NCBI GenBank assembly: GCA_964016885.1 | Contig: OZ024741.1 | Span: forward strand, 335,358,001 to 335,422,000 | Length of the DNA: 64,000 nt | From: Eledone cirrhosa | Taxonomy: Eukaryota | Direction of reading: 5' to 3' | Part shown: positions 12,553 to 25,390 of the stretch, one piece after another | Position numbering within the stretch: the first letter of the stretch is position 1 | Layout: each line of letters opens with the position of its first letter | Translations under genes and position numbers: made by a program | Notes under the pieces: model-generated | The model's input: the letters and a program-made list of their open reading frames with translations, nothing else | The model's database searches: none | Told to the model about the DNA's origin: nothing

Positions 12553-15500
12553 ATTGGGAAATGACGATGGGATGGGTGGTGTAGGTATACTACTAGCTGA
12601 CAAGTGGGTAGATAAAGTAATCTCAGTGTACAGGGTAAATGCAAGAAGCATTAAACTCAGACTAGTCCTAAATAAAACAATTACCACAATAATATCAGCT
12701 TACGCACCCCAATCGGGGTTGCGAGACGAACTTAAGGATAGGTTTTACGAGTCCGTAATGCACACTACTGCTCTAACAAACGACAATGACTTCCTAATCA
12801 TCGCAGGAGATTTTAACCGACACGTAGGTAAACACTGCGACGGCTTCAATAGAGTCCATGGAGGCCATGGGGTTGGCACAAGAAATGAGGAAGGATTCAG
12901 ACTTCTAGAATTCTGCGACACCAATGACATGTCAATATGTAACACAAACTTTAAAAAACCCGACAACCACCTGATCACCTATAGATCAGGGGAGCATTCT
13001 AGTCAGATGGATTTTATCCTCATCAGAGGACATGACAGATGGACGGTCGTAAACACAAAAGCCTTCCCTAGTTAGGAATGTACATCCCAACATAGCTTAG
13101 TTGTCAGCGACCTCACAGTCAGAACTAGACGAACCTGGAAACAGAGGCCAACCTGGAGAAGAAAGATCTGGAAGCTGAAAGACCCCTCAACCAGTAACAG
13201 ATTTAAAGATATTTTACTCAACACCTACGACAGTAAAGAAGAACAGATAGACACATTCAATGTAGAAGAGAACTGGGAGTTCCTAAAAAATAACTTACTA
13301 GAGGCGACGGATGAGGTCTGTGGCTGGAGTAAGACCACAAGCAGGAAGAGAGTGACTTGGTGATGGAAAAATAAGGTAGATGAGGCAGTTAAGGCCAAGA
13401 GAGAGGCATGGGAAGAATGGGGGGAGCAGGGTACATTACATAGAGACCAAGAGGGAAGCTAGGCGACAAGTATACTTAGCTAGGAGGGAAGCAGAGGATG
13501 GAAAATTCAAGCATGTTTTGCAACGTGAGAACCAGAAACAGGAGGTGTTCAAGATTGCGAAGCAGTGTGTCAGAGAGAATTGTTATGTCATTGGAGAGAA
13601 GTGTATCCGGAATAATAAAGGTGAGCTTGCCCTCACAAGTGCTGAGAAGAAAGATGCATGGAAGAGTCATTATGATAGATTACTAAATGAGGAGAATGCA
13701 TGGGAAGAAGAGACCCTACTCCAAGTAGACCCTATAGAGGGACCAGCAGTACAAGTCAGCAGCAGCGTAGTAAGTAAGGCAATCAAAGATATGAAGATGG
13801 GGAAGGCAACCGGTCCATCGGGTATAGCTGCCGAGATGCTGAAGGTCACACTATAACCACACGTATTGTTAACCAGGTAATACTAGAAGATGTCATACCA
13901 AAAGATTGGTGCAGTAGCATCATTGACAACTGCTACAAAGGCAAAGGTGATGAACTAGATAGAGGAAACTATAGAGGTATAAAGCTGATGGACCAGGTCA
14001 TGAAAGTAATAGAAAGAGTTATAGCACAGTTGATTAGGGACCGGGTGAAACTAGACGAAATGCAATTTGGGTTTGTACCAGGAAGAGGCACCACTGATGC
14101 CCTCTTCCTTGTCAGGCAGTTACAGGAAAAGTACCTAGCTAAAAATAAGCCACTATACCTGGCATTTGTCGATCTTGAGAAAGCCTTTGACAGAGTTCCA
14201 CGTGTTGTAATCTGGTGGGCTCTTAGAAAACTAGGAGTAGATGAATGGCTTGTGAAAGCGGTACAAGCCATGTATAGGGGCGCAGTCAGCAAAGTTAGGA
14301 TTAGCAATGAGTATAGTGAGGAATTTAGCGTACAGGTTGGGGTCCACCAGGGCTCTATTCTTAGCCCCTTTCTGTTCATCATAGTCCTGCAGGCAATAAC
14401 GGAGGAGTTTAAGACCGGATGCCCATGGGAACTCCTGTATGCTGATGACCTCACACTTATAGCTGAATCTATGGTAGAACTAGAGAAGAAATTCCAAACT
14501 TGGAAACAGGGACTAGAAAGAAAGGGTCTCAAAGTCAACATGACAAAGACTAAGGTCCTTGTAAGTAGACGAGAAAACAGAACCCAGATCCCCTCAGGGA
14601 AATGGCCTTGCTCAGTATGTAGGAAAGGTGTAGGTAGGAACTCCATTCTTTGCCCCAAATGCAAACAATGGGTACACAAGTGATGTAGCAGGATCTCAAG
14701 AAGCTTAATTAAGAATGTAGGCTTCACATGCAGCAGCTGTGCTGGGACAGCAAGCAGCAAACAGTCACAGGAAACAAGTACCACCAATCTCTGGGAGGGC
14801 TCTGTAGAAACAGGAGACAGCTTCTGCTACCTAGGTGACCGAATTAGCAGCGGAGATGGGTGTTCAGAAAGTACAATAACTAGGGTAAGAACGGGATGGA
14901 AGAAGTTCAGGGAACTACTGCCACTGCTAGCTGCAAAAGGCTTTTCCCTCAAAATTAAAGGCAGACTGTATGATGCGTGTATCCGAACAGCGATGTTGCA
15001 TGGTAGTGAAACCTGGGTGCTGAAGGTGAAAGACTTACGTAGATTAGAGAGAAACAAAGCCTGCATGCTCCGATGGATGTGTAATAGTAATATACGCGAA
15101 CGACAAAGCATAAATGAATTGAGAGAGAGACTGGGCATAAGAGGAATCAAATGCTGTGTGCAGGAGAGGCGGTTACGTTGGTATGGACATGTGATGTGTA
15201 TGAAGTGTGACAGCTGCATAAAAAGGTGCAGAGCACTAGAAGTCGATGGAAACCGCGGTGTGGGGAGACCCAAGAAGACCTGGGATGAGGTGATAAAAGC
15301 CGACCTTACCCAATTACACCTCTCAAAGATGATGACACACGACCGTGACCTCTGGCGTCACGCAGTAATACAGAGTACTCGACCTCCCATGGGTACAAGC
15401 TGAAGCATATAGACAATATGCCCCCTCACCCCCACTGCAAGGTGGTCGTGGAGGTGCCACGGCAAAAAAGCACCCAGCCCACACTGTAAAGTGGACGTGT

Positions 15501-15691
15501 AGGCGCCACGAAAAAGCACCCAGCACTCACTGTAAATGAGGTTGGTGTTAGGAAGGGCATCCAGCTGTAGAAATCAAGCCAAATCAGTTCCTGTATGAGC
15601 ATGGCATGGTCAGCCGACCAGACACTGCCCATAACAGGACAACCCGTCTAACCCATGCTAGCGTGGAAGAACGGACGTAAAACGGTGATGA
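12553..15691 (+). mobile_element. 5'-truncated, disrupted RTE LINE (AP endonuclease + RT + PHD-like finger + 3' UTR)
   Basis: APE motifs GGVGIL, SAYAPQ, AGDFN, SQMDFI; RT motifs QFGF, FVDLEKAFD, GVHQGS, YADD; stops/frameshifts near 13073, 13361, 13850 and 14681. Confidence 0.95.
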
Positions 15692-15696
15692 TATAT

Positions 15697-15877
15697 GTAG
15701 ATCCTGGGTTAAATCGGGGATAACCACAGTAAGTAAGGTACTCAATACATAGCAGAGTAAAAGTAATTTAATATAGAAATGGCTTCTACAGGACTAGAAC
15801 TGTTTCATTCGGAGGATCTGATGATTTCCTCCCAATGAAACAGTTCTAGTCCTGTAGAAGCCATTTCTATATTAAAT
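15697..15877 (-). mobile_element. Fold-back PLE-type remnant with degenerate HHR
   Basis: Inverted arms ~15767-15810 and 15835-15877; ctgatga...gaaacagt on +; second copy at 16855-16995. Confidence 0.7.
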
Positions 15878-15984
15878 ATATATATATATATATATAGTAA
15901 TAATAATAAATTTGTAGACTAAAATCCAAAGAGGGTCCGATAAGGATAAATATATATCAAATATATAAGAACCCTAGAGCAAAT

Positions 15985-16438
15985 ATTTATTAAAATAACA
16001 GATTAAAGTTTAAGCAAAGAATCGCTGCTTTCACCCTTAACGGGATCTTCTGAAACTAAAAAATTCAATCTGTGAACGCAGAAGTAAATATTTCGAAAAA
16101 CGTTGCAACCGAAGGAAGACAGGAAGACGATACTTTGGTTCGTGGAGACGTTCGCTGGCAATGAACAGAAAAGAGCGAAGATAATATGGATCGGTCTTGG
16201 TGTGTAATTGTCCTCACCGATCCAAATCATAACGTATTATGTTCGCTTTTTTCCGTTCATTACCAGCGAACGTCTCCATGAACCAAAGTATCATCTTCCT
16301 GTTTTCCTTCGGTTGCAGCGTTTTTCGAAATATTTACTTCTGCGTTCACAGATTGATTTTTTTAGTTTCAGAAGATCCCTTTAAGGGTGAAAGCAGCGAT
16401 TCTTTGCTTAAACTTTAATTTGTTATTTTAATAAATAT
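15985..16438. repeat. Long imperfect palindrome (~205-bp arms) flanked by (TA)n
   Basis: Arms ~15985-16190 and ~16235-16438 are reverse complements. Confidence 0.9.
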
Positions 16439-16490
16439 ATATATATATACGATATTAAATAAATGGAAATTATATTTATAAAACCATATT

Positions 16491-16556
16491 TATTTCATTA
16501 TATATATTTCAGGGATATCATATTAAAAATATGTTATGCCTTCTTCAGACAAAATA
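16491..16556 (-). ncRNA. Type I hammerhead (inverted twin of 16644-16709)
   Basis: Reverse complement of the + copy. Confidence 0.8.
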
Positions 16557-16643
16557 CAATATAAACAGTCTTATAAATAGATAGATTCGACATACCTTTC
16601 AACATCGACTTGCATTTGAAAAGTTGATTTGAAAAGTTGATTG

Positions 16644-16709
16644 TATTTTGTCTGAAGAAGGCATAACATATTTTTAATATGATATCCCTGAAATATATAT
16701 AATGAAATA
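16644..16709 (+). ncRNA. Type I hammerhead, palindromic stem III
   Basis: Stem I UAUUUUGU/AUGAAAUA, CUGAAGA, stem II AGG...CCU with inner CAUAUU/AAUAUG, GAAA, AUAUAUAU palindrome, H=A. Confidence 0.8.
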
Positions 16710-16945
16710 AATATGATTTTATAAATATAATTTCCATTTATTTAATATCGTAAATATACTCCAAATACTTGTTGAGTGCTTTTATATCAGTTATAAATAT
16801 TTACTCGTTGTAACCCAACAATTTAAATATAACTTTCCATATATATATATATATGTTTATCCCAGGTTCAATTGGGGGTAACCACAGTAAGTAAGGTACT
16901 CAATACATAGCTGAGTATAAATATTTAATATAGAAATGGCTTCTA

Positions 16946-16993
16946 CAGGACTAGAACTGTTTCATTCGAGAGAACTCATCAGGAAGCCCTGTA
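16946..16993 (-). ncRNA. Degenerate type I hammerhead
   Basis: CUGAUGA-GUUC-UCUC-GAAU-GAAA-CAGU; distal stem I UACAGGGCU/AGUCCUGUA, proximal pairs mismatched. Confidence 0.55.
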
Positions 16994-17053
16994 TGTGAAT
17001 ATGTATATATATATATATATATATACACACGTATTCATATACACACATATATA

Positions 17054-17257
17054 TTAGAAAATAGAATAACTTTCACCGTATTTTTGACTAAAGGAATTTT
17101 AGCCTGATAATGGGGTTTAGAACCCTCAGATAAATGGAAAAAGATGAGTATGTACGTCAATACTCATCTTTTTCCATTTATCTGAGGGTTCTAAACTCCA
17201 TTATCAGGCTAAAATTCCTTTAGTCAAAAATACGGTGAAAGCTATTCTATTTTCTAA
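17054..17257. repeat. Near-perfect palindrome (~97-bp arms), PLE-type remnant
   Basis: Short central loop near 17151-17158; GAAAGCTA in the right arm; related degenerate fold-back at 19160-19350. Confidence 0.85.
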
Positions 17258-17419
17258 TTTCAAACCTGCTCACTGTTTCAAAACATACTTATTTGACACA
17301 TATATATATATATACACACACACACATATATATGTATGTGGGTATGTGTGTTTGTGTCAACTTCATTTATCTCTCTTTTTATTCATTGTCATTTTTTCAA
17401 CTCTTCTTCCTTCTTCATC

Positions 17420-17880
17420 ACACTCCTACTATTACTCCTACTACTACCTCCACAACAACAACAGCAAAAACTACTACTCCTACTACTACCACCACCACAA
17501 CAACAGCAAAAACAACAACTACTACTACTCCCATCTCTCCCCCTCTCTCCTGGATATTTCCTTCTCTTCCTCTCTCTCTCTATCTCTCCCACTCTCTCAT
17601 GGATATCACTTTCTCTTCCTCCCCCCCTTATCCCCTCTCTCGTGGATATCTCTTTCTCTTCCTCTCTCCCTATCCCTATCTCTCCCCCTCTCTTATGGAT
17701 ATCTCTTTCTATTCCTATCCCCTCTCTCGTGGATATCTCTTTCTCTTCCTCTCTCCCTATCCCTATCTCTCCCCCTCTCTTATGGATATCTCTTTCTCTT
17801 CCTCTCTCCCTATCTCTCCCTCACATATACATGCTCCCCCTCTCTACTCTCCATGCTCTCCTCTCTCACTAGCTCTCTTC
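17420..17880. repeat. Low-complexity (CTA/CAA)n and CT-rich tandem units
   Basis: Repeated ggatatctctttctcttcctctctccctat units. Confidence 0.85.
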
Positions 17881-18246
17881 TTCTTTTACTTCCTCTCCAA
17901 TATATTATTATAGTCTGTTTTATTTATATATTTTATCTCTGTATAAAAGCCTTGCCATTAAATCAACAAAGTGGCGGTGTGTGTGTGTGGGGGGGGTATA
18001 TGACAGTAGAAAGGCTGACAAGATAGATAGATAGAAACGCACATGTATATATGGTTAGATAGAGTTAGATAGATAGTTAGATAGAGAGATAGATAGATAA
18101 TAGATAGATGGATATATATATATATATATCATCATCATCATCATCATTTTACGTCCGCTTTTCCCTGCTTGTATGTGTATATATATATATATACATATAC
18201 ACATACATATATATTACACAAGTGTATGTATGGATAGATATGTATG

Positions 18247-18294
<48 letters not shown>

Positions 18295-18397
18295 TATAGA
18301 TAGATAGATAGATAGATAGTTAATAGATAGATAAATAGATAAATAGATGGAGAGATACATATATATACATATATATATATATTACACAAGTGTATGT

Positions 18398-18429
<32 letters not shown>

Positions 18430-18627
18430 GATAGTTTGATGGTTGATGGTTGACTGGCTAGTATTGTTTTATATTTCATCACAATAACCTTTTGCCAGCC
18501 TTCAAAGAGAAGTTTGCAGAGGTGTCACCATTATTTTCGAAACACTGTATTAAAACTGATCCATTTAGGAGCAATTTCACCTTCCATAAAAGGACACATT
18601 CATGATAGACAGGAAAAAAATGTGTGT

Positions 18628-18663
<36 letters not shown>

Positions 18664-19649
18664 TCCTTGTTATTAGTACCTACTTTTTTTTCTGTTGGCA
18701 TTTTTTTTTTATCAGAAGCAATAACATTTTATATTTGAAAGATTAATGTAACAACAACAACAACAATATTAAATGTAGTAGCAGTAGTAATAATAGTAAT
18801 AATAATAGTAATAATAATAATAATAATAGTAATAATTTCTAATAATAATTATGGTGGTGGTAGTGGAGATTATTTTTATTATCACAGGGGCATCAGATGG
18901 GCTGGGGTGGGGGTATACAGAGACAAATCATTTAAAAAAATAGGTAAAAAGAAGTTATATTGTGTATGATAGGAAAAAAAAAACAATGTCTTTATTTTAT
19001 TTGCCTCAAGGGTAACATTTAAGCAAAACATTGAAACACTTTAGTCATGGCAAAATATTTAGGTAATCATCCGTAGCACTAAAACAGTATGGGTCATAAT
19101 AAAGCTGTATATCAAAATACATATAATATGTATTCAAAAGCAAACAGAGTTTGAAAATTGAAATAGAAGACTTTGCGGTAACTTTTTGACTAAATAAAAG
19201 ACTTTAATAATAGCAGGGTGAATAAACCCACCAAACGGAAAAATATGGGCATCAGCTCCCATGGGTTCTGATGCCCATTTTTTTCTATGCACCTTATTTT
19301 TATTGGACTATTTCATTTAGTCAAAAATTTACAGCGAAATCTATTTCAATTTACATATGTTTATATATAATTGTTTCTACTTTTGGCACAAGGTCAGCAA
19401 TTTCTCCAGTGCATTATTGGTGCTTTATTTTATCAACCCTGTAAGGATGAAAGGCAAAGTAAACCTCAGCAGGATTTGAACTCAGAAAATAAGGGCCATA
19501 ACTCTATGCTGCAAAGCATAATGTCTGAGACTCGACCGATACTGCCAAACCACCGCCCTTGCTTATGTATAATAAACATATGCAAGTCTCACTATGAGTA
19601 TTTTAAACAGTGACCATGTCACAGCTATCACAGTAGTCAAGTCAGAATT

Positions 19650-19693
19650 TCAGACATTGGGTGTTTCAGTATTTTTTAATCCATCATCAGTGA
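19650..19693 (-). ncRNA. Degenerate hammerhead (inverted relative of 20300-20350)
   Basis: UCA-CUGAUGA-UGGAUU...ACU-GAAA-CACCCAAUG-UC-UGA. Confidence 0.55.
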
Positions 19694-20086
19694 TTTTTAT
19701 TCACTTTGTAATGAGACTAGAATAAGCTATATTTTATATGTATGTAGGTTTGGTCCTGTAACTTCCTCCTGATGGAGTCATTGGGGTGCTGTATTGATAT
19801 ACAGTGTCTCTAGGGCATTTTTAACACCTAGTGAAGCCAATATCCTCTCCAGGTTTGAATACAGCAGTTTCCTTCCAAAGGACAGAGAGAATGATCAAAT
19901 GGAACTGAGAAAGTGATATATAGGAAGAATTGACTCCAATACAAGACTAGTACATTTTTTTTTATCGACCCTGAATCGATGAAAGGCAAAGTTGACCTCA
20001 GCAGGATTTGAACTCAGAGAAAGGAATACTACAAAGTATTCTATCCAACATTTTCATGACTCAGCTAATTTTATACCTATACCATA

Positions 20087-20260
20087 TATACACTTTGCAT
20101 ATAGAACATCTGCTGGAAAGATTCATTTGCATATTGTGTGTGCTTGACTTGGCTGTGATTAATTATATTAGTGCTACTGGTAATTAATCACAGCCAAGTC
20201 AAGCATGTACAATATGTAAATGAACTTCTCCAGCAGATGTTGTATTTGCAAAATGTATAT
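20087..20260. repeat. Imperfect palindrome (~80-bp arms)
   Basis: gcttgacttggctgtgattaatta / taattaatcacagccaagtcaagc. Confidence 0.85.
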
Positions 20261-20299
20261 AAGTTATAGCTTATACTAGGCTCAGTACCAAGTGAGTAA

Positions 20300-20350
20300 A
20301 TGTCACTGATGATGGATTTAAAAAATCTTGAAACACCCAGTGTCTGGTGT
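20300..20350 (+). ncRNA. Type I hammerhead with GUC site
   Basis: Stem I AUGUCA/UGGUGU (wobble-rich), CUGAUGA, U.U then GGAUUU/AAAUCU, GAAA, CAC-CCA-GUG, GUC. Confidence 0.7.
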
Positions 20351-20359
20351 TCTCACATG

Positions 20360-21145
20360 GCTACTGATGTTGGAATGATGTGGTGATGTTAGTGGTGGTG
20401 ATGCTGGTGATGGCGGTGATGTTGGTGGTGGTGAGGGTGATGGTGGTGGAATGATGTCTGGTGGTGGAGGTGGCAGCCCTAATACTAGTTGTGGTGGAGG
20501 TTTGGTTATGCAGTGATACTGGTGGTAGTGGTAGTAGTGGTGGCAATGGTGATGCTGGTAGTAGTTTAGCAGTGGTGATAATAGTGCAGTTGTAGTGATC
20601 ATGCTAATGGTGTAAGTGGTGGTGTTGAGGGGAGATAATGCCAGTGGTAGTGGTAGTAATGCTAATGATGATGGTGGTGGTGGTGGTGGAGATACGATAA
20701 TGTTGGGGTAGGATGATGCAGGGAGGCTGGTGGTAGTAGTAGCCATGTTAGTGGTGGAAGTGGTTGGAATGTGAGGGAATGTGATGGTGGTGGTAGTGAT
20801 GCTGGTGGTTGTAATGCAGTGATTCTGGTGGTAGTGGTAGGAATGTGAGGGGTGGTTGTGGTGATGATGGAAGTAGTAGTAGGGGTGTGAGGTGTAGTTG
20901 TGGTGATGATGGTGATGGTGATGCAGTGGTGGTAGTGGTAGGGATGTGAGAGGAATGATGATGGTAGGGAAGTGAGGGGCGATGATGGTAAAGGTAGTGG
21001 TAGTGATGCTGGTGGTAGTAGTAGTAGTGGTGGTAGTGGTAGGGAGGTGAGAGGAGTGGTGATGGTAGTGGTAGTGGTAGTGATGCTGCTGGTAGTGGTA
21101 GTCACGTTAATGATGGTAGTGGTGATGGTGATGGTGGTGACGATA
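20360..21145. repeat. (GGT/GAT/AGT)n low-complexity tract
   Basis: Direct inspection. Confidence 0.9.
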
Positions 21146-21734
21146 GTTAATAACATGGATATTTAATGCAAATAATCAATTTGTAATATGAGCACAACTC
21201 CTTACTATATAACATTACAGTGTATTATGTATTTAACATTGGAGGATATATTCATATTTATAGTTGTCTTTTAGTCTTTTGTTTAATTCAACGTGGTCAC
21301 ACGTGATCATGATTATAATTAATTATACAACATATTTAATTGTATAGCATGACCGATAATATTTTAATATTTTATTATGGTTGAATCAATAAAACTTCCG
21401 ACAAAAGGCTCTGAGATATTGAGTTATAGTTGTCTATGTTGTGAGTTCCAAACTTACCAAACTCCACTTCATCTTTAATTTTATTGGTGTTTGATGAAAT
21501 AAGTACAAATGTACCTGTGAAGTATAATAATAATAATGAAAATGATTGTGTACAGTGCTCAGGTGCACTACAACTCATCAATGGTGCATGTATAGTACAT
21601 AAAATAATGTACAAATGTCAACAGGCATGCGTGTGTATGGAGGGGGAATATCAGGTGTAATGTTGGCTTATCTATGTATGGACCTATACATAACTCCTAG
21701 TAGATTGGTTCGAATTATTTCTTCCATAGAAGGA

Positions 21735-21960
21735 GATTACTGGGTTAAAAAGTGCCAGGAAATCTCAGTGGAGCGAAACTGCAGTAGAGGTAGACCAAGG
21801 AACACCTGGGCGCAAGTGGTGAGAGCTGATCTGAAATTGCTGAGATTCACAGAGGAGATGATGAAGGAATGGAACGAGTGGTGAAAATTTGTACTGAAAA
21901 GGACCAGTCCAACCCATGCAAGCATAGAAAAATCGATGTAAAAATGATGATGATGATGAA
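21735..21960 (+). mobile_element. RTE LINE 3' fragment
   Basis: WVKKCQEI...RGRPRNTW peptide; (gat)n tail. Confidence 0.85.
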
Positions 21961-22216
21961 GCCGAGAAAAAGTGATAGAGAGTGAGTGAGAAAGAGATAT
22001 AGAGCAAGAATTGTCCCAGTACTGGACTGGTACTTTGTTTATTGACCTCGAAAGGATGTAAAAAGATAACTGACCAAGTCAGAGTGCAGAGTTCAGAGTG
22101 CAGAGTGCTAAAAGGAATACAGCAGAGCATTCCGTCTGACACTCAATCAGCTCTGACTATTCACTGCCTATACAAGAGAAGTACTGGTGTCAATTGACTA
22201 TGTTAATGTTTCTTAA

Positions 22217-22448
22217 CCCTTTCATGACTGCATTTCTAATGAAATATATTCTATTTTAATTAATTAAGGAAGAACATCAAGGGATTTATGAAAAATCATT
22301 AATTATCTCACTAGTAAGAAAGTAATGTTATGTAATTTCATATATAAAATTATGTCAGAAGATTTTAATTTAAATTGGAAACCTTTAAAATGGGTGGTTT
22401 TATTTCATAGAACCAGGGCCAATTTTGGCCAGGCTGGTAAGTAAAGGG
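22217..22448. mobile_element. Divergent piggyBac-type MITE
   Basis: TTAA-cccttt ... aaaggg-TTAA. Confidence 0.6.
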
Positions 22449-22678
22449 TTAAAGTGGGTTTTATGAAAAAGTTCTGGTGTTCAAGATAATGTATCTTTTA
22501 GCTTTTAACACCCTGCAATAATTTTGCAGAAAATAGCTAAAAATGGGTTGGTTAATTCAAATGTTTATAATATTCTTACTAGTGGACAGAGATTGTTGTA
22601 AACATTTACAATATTAAATCTTAACTTCCTGTAATGATTTAGCAAAAAATATCTAAAAATGGATTATAGCACAAACTA

Positions 22679-22760
<82 letters not shown>

Positions 22761-23110
22761 CCAGTTGGCTTCAATGACAAGTGAGATATGAAATGCATTG
22801 TGTGTGTGTAACTTTAAAAGTTACTAACACACACATATATATATGTGTGTGTTGAAATAAACTTCTACACTCTATACATCAGCATTGGGTGTGCATTTAG
22901 TTAATGTTTGAATGTTTTAAATAATATATAGTATTTAAAACACATATTCTAATATATATATATGCAAAAAGTATATGGAAACAACAAAGCAAACAACACA
23001 GTACAATGAAGAAATCTATTAGTTTAACACATTATTTAGTAGGAAAATTTTTTTTTTGTTTCTGCCCTGCCCATCTCCTCAATCTTTCTATTCATTAATT
23101 TCTCATTCTA

Positions 23111-23146
23111 TTTTCTGATGAAGGACTAGCACCCGAAACGTTAAGA
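23111..23146 (+). ncRNA. Minimal degenerate hammerhead in an old fold-back remnant (22960-23245)
   Basis: UUUU-CUGAUGA-AGGACUAGCACCC-GAAACGUU-AAGA; ACGU palindrome. Confidence 0.55.
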
Positions 23147-24299
23147 CTCTTTTCTTACTATATCAAGCATAAAACTAATAATATATTTCTTCATAGTGCA
23201 GTGTTGTTTGCATTGTTATTTCTGTTTGCTTTTTGCATATACATATATAGGGGGGGGGGGGGGGGTAAACATACAAAAGCACATGTCATATTGTTATGGT
23301 TAATATGTAAACACTGCCAAAAGCTTATACTAATTTAACCCTTTTGATATCAACCCTTCAGAAACTGATTCTATGATACAAAACTGTTTGCTATAAAATG
23401 TTTATATTCATATTATAAAGCCTTCAGTTATAATTTTATGTAAGGAATTCTTGTTAAGAAATAAAAACCCACCATCATCGTCATCATCATCATCATCGCT
23501 TATATGTCCACTTTTCCATGTTTGCATGAGTTAATGAAAAATTAGTTATTTTTGTAAATTATGAAATTTTGTCTATTTTCAGAATTAATTGAAGCACATT
23601 ATTAACAGTATATTTAATTAGAAATAAACTAATAAAAGGATCAAATGAGTTGACATAAACAAAACAAAAGTTTAATTTTTGTTTGTTCTTTTCAATAACA
23701 GATATAAGTGCTGTTGTAAATACAAAGGCAGTGATTAAGAGATAAAGGTTCAATTTTCACTAGGTTGTCATTATTTATTTTTTATGCATCTTTCATGCAT
23801 TTTCTGCATGTTTCCTCATTTATTTAAAATGTATGAATGATTCATGTTTCAAGATACATTAGACATGAAAAAAATAATAATAAAAGAGAAAATATTAATT
23901 TAATTGTGTATTGTTGTAAATTTCTAGCTAAATACCGAATATTTCCTTAGAGAGACACCTGCTGTGAAATCACAATATAAAATAAATCCGAACATACAAG
24001 CTTTTAGATAAATAGCTTTTCAATTAATTTCTAAAGAAATGTTTAATCCCTTGCAATATTGGTAAAATATCAAATCAGTTCAATTAAATTTAGGTCACAC
24101 ATACACATGTGTATATGAGTGTGTGTGTAAATGTATTTTATGTATACATGAGTGCATGTGTGTGAATACATATATATGTATGTATATTTTCTTCCTAAAA
24201 ACTCTGCATCCCATTTATGCATCAAATACTACTTTGATTAGTGAACTTTCCAGATTTAGCAATGCAGACACGCCATATATATGTGTGTGTGTGTGTGTG

Positions 24300-24466
24300 C
24301 GTAGGCAAGAGAAAAAAGTACTCAATACCAAAGTGAAGTTTAAACATTCATTTATTATGGCTAAATAGTGATTCTTATTATTCTGGAGTTCCACCTGGAC
24401 ACTCACAGGTTCATCAGTGAATAAGTGAACTCCAGAATAACAAGACTCCTTATTTAACCATAATAA

Positions 24467-24470
<4 letters not shown>
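24300..24470 (-). mobile_element. Fold-back PLE-type remnant with decayed HHR
   Basis: CUGAUGA-ACCUG-loop-CAGGU-GGAA (GAAA mutated) on the minus strand; ttgagtac tail motif; inverted arms. Confidence 0.55.
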
Positions 24471-24503
<33 letters not shown>

Positions 24504-24629
24504 GAAGATATATTTAATTTGTTGGGATTCCAACAAATTCCTTGAAATATATATAATAAAATAATTATGGTTTTATAAATATAGTTTCCATTTATTAATA
24601 TATTGTATATATATATAAAAAAAAAAAAC

Positions 24630-25390
24630 TACTCACAGTCCACGCTGTAATGTGGCCGTGTAGGTAACACGGTAAAAAGTTCCCAGTTCCACACTGTAAA
24701 TGTGGTTGGTGTAGGAAGGGCATCCAGCCGTAGAAAACCTGCCAGCTAGTCCTATACGAGCGAGACATGGTCACCCGACGGGCCTTGGCTCAAGTGGCAC
24801 AACTCCCGTCCTACCCATGCTAGCGTGGAAGATGGACGTTAAACGATGATGATATATACAAATTCATCGAGTGAGTAGATAGCAGCTGGGACTAGACAGA
24901 TAGCATTCATCATCATCATCATCATTTTACGTCCACTTTTCCCTGCTTGCAAGGGTGGGACGGGAACTGATTCTGGCTTGATTTCTACAGCTGGATGCCC
25001 TTCCTAACACCAACCTCATTTACAGTGAGTGCTGGGTGCTTTTTTGCCGTGGCACCTCCACATCCACTTTTGCAGTGGAATGATTGTTAAACTTAATTTA
25101 TATATATTGATATAGGTGTTGATGACACAACAAAAAGCACCCAGCCCACACTGTAAAGTGGTTGTGTAGGAGACATGGTAAAAAGACTCCCAATCCACAC
25201 TGTAAAGGTGGTTGGTGTTAGGATGGGCATCCAGCTGTAAAAAACCTGCCAGGGACACTTCTGTATGAGCGAGACATGGTTTTCCAGCCATTCCCGCATC
25301 AAATGGAACAAAACCATTTAACCCATGCTAACGTGGAAGATGGACATTAAACAATGATGATGATAATGATGATGATGATGATGATAGATG
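24630..25390. mobile_element. Cluster of RTE-tail/SINE 3' fragments in both orientations
   Basis: ggttggtgttaggaagggcatccagc module and ggacg(t)taaa-(atg)n ends at 24630-24853 (+), 24905-25082 (-) and 25130-25390 (+). Confidence 0.8.

Noticed and set aside
16360-16405. CAGAAGA-UCCC...GGGU-GAAA hammerhead-like motif in the long palindrome
   Set aside because: The core has CAG rather than CUG in both arms, and no stem I or stem III could be drawn
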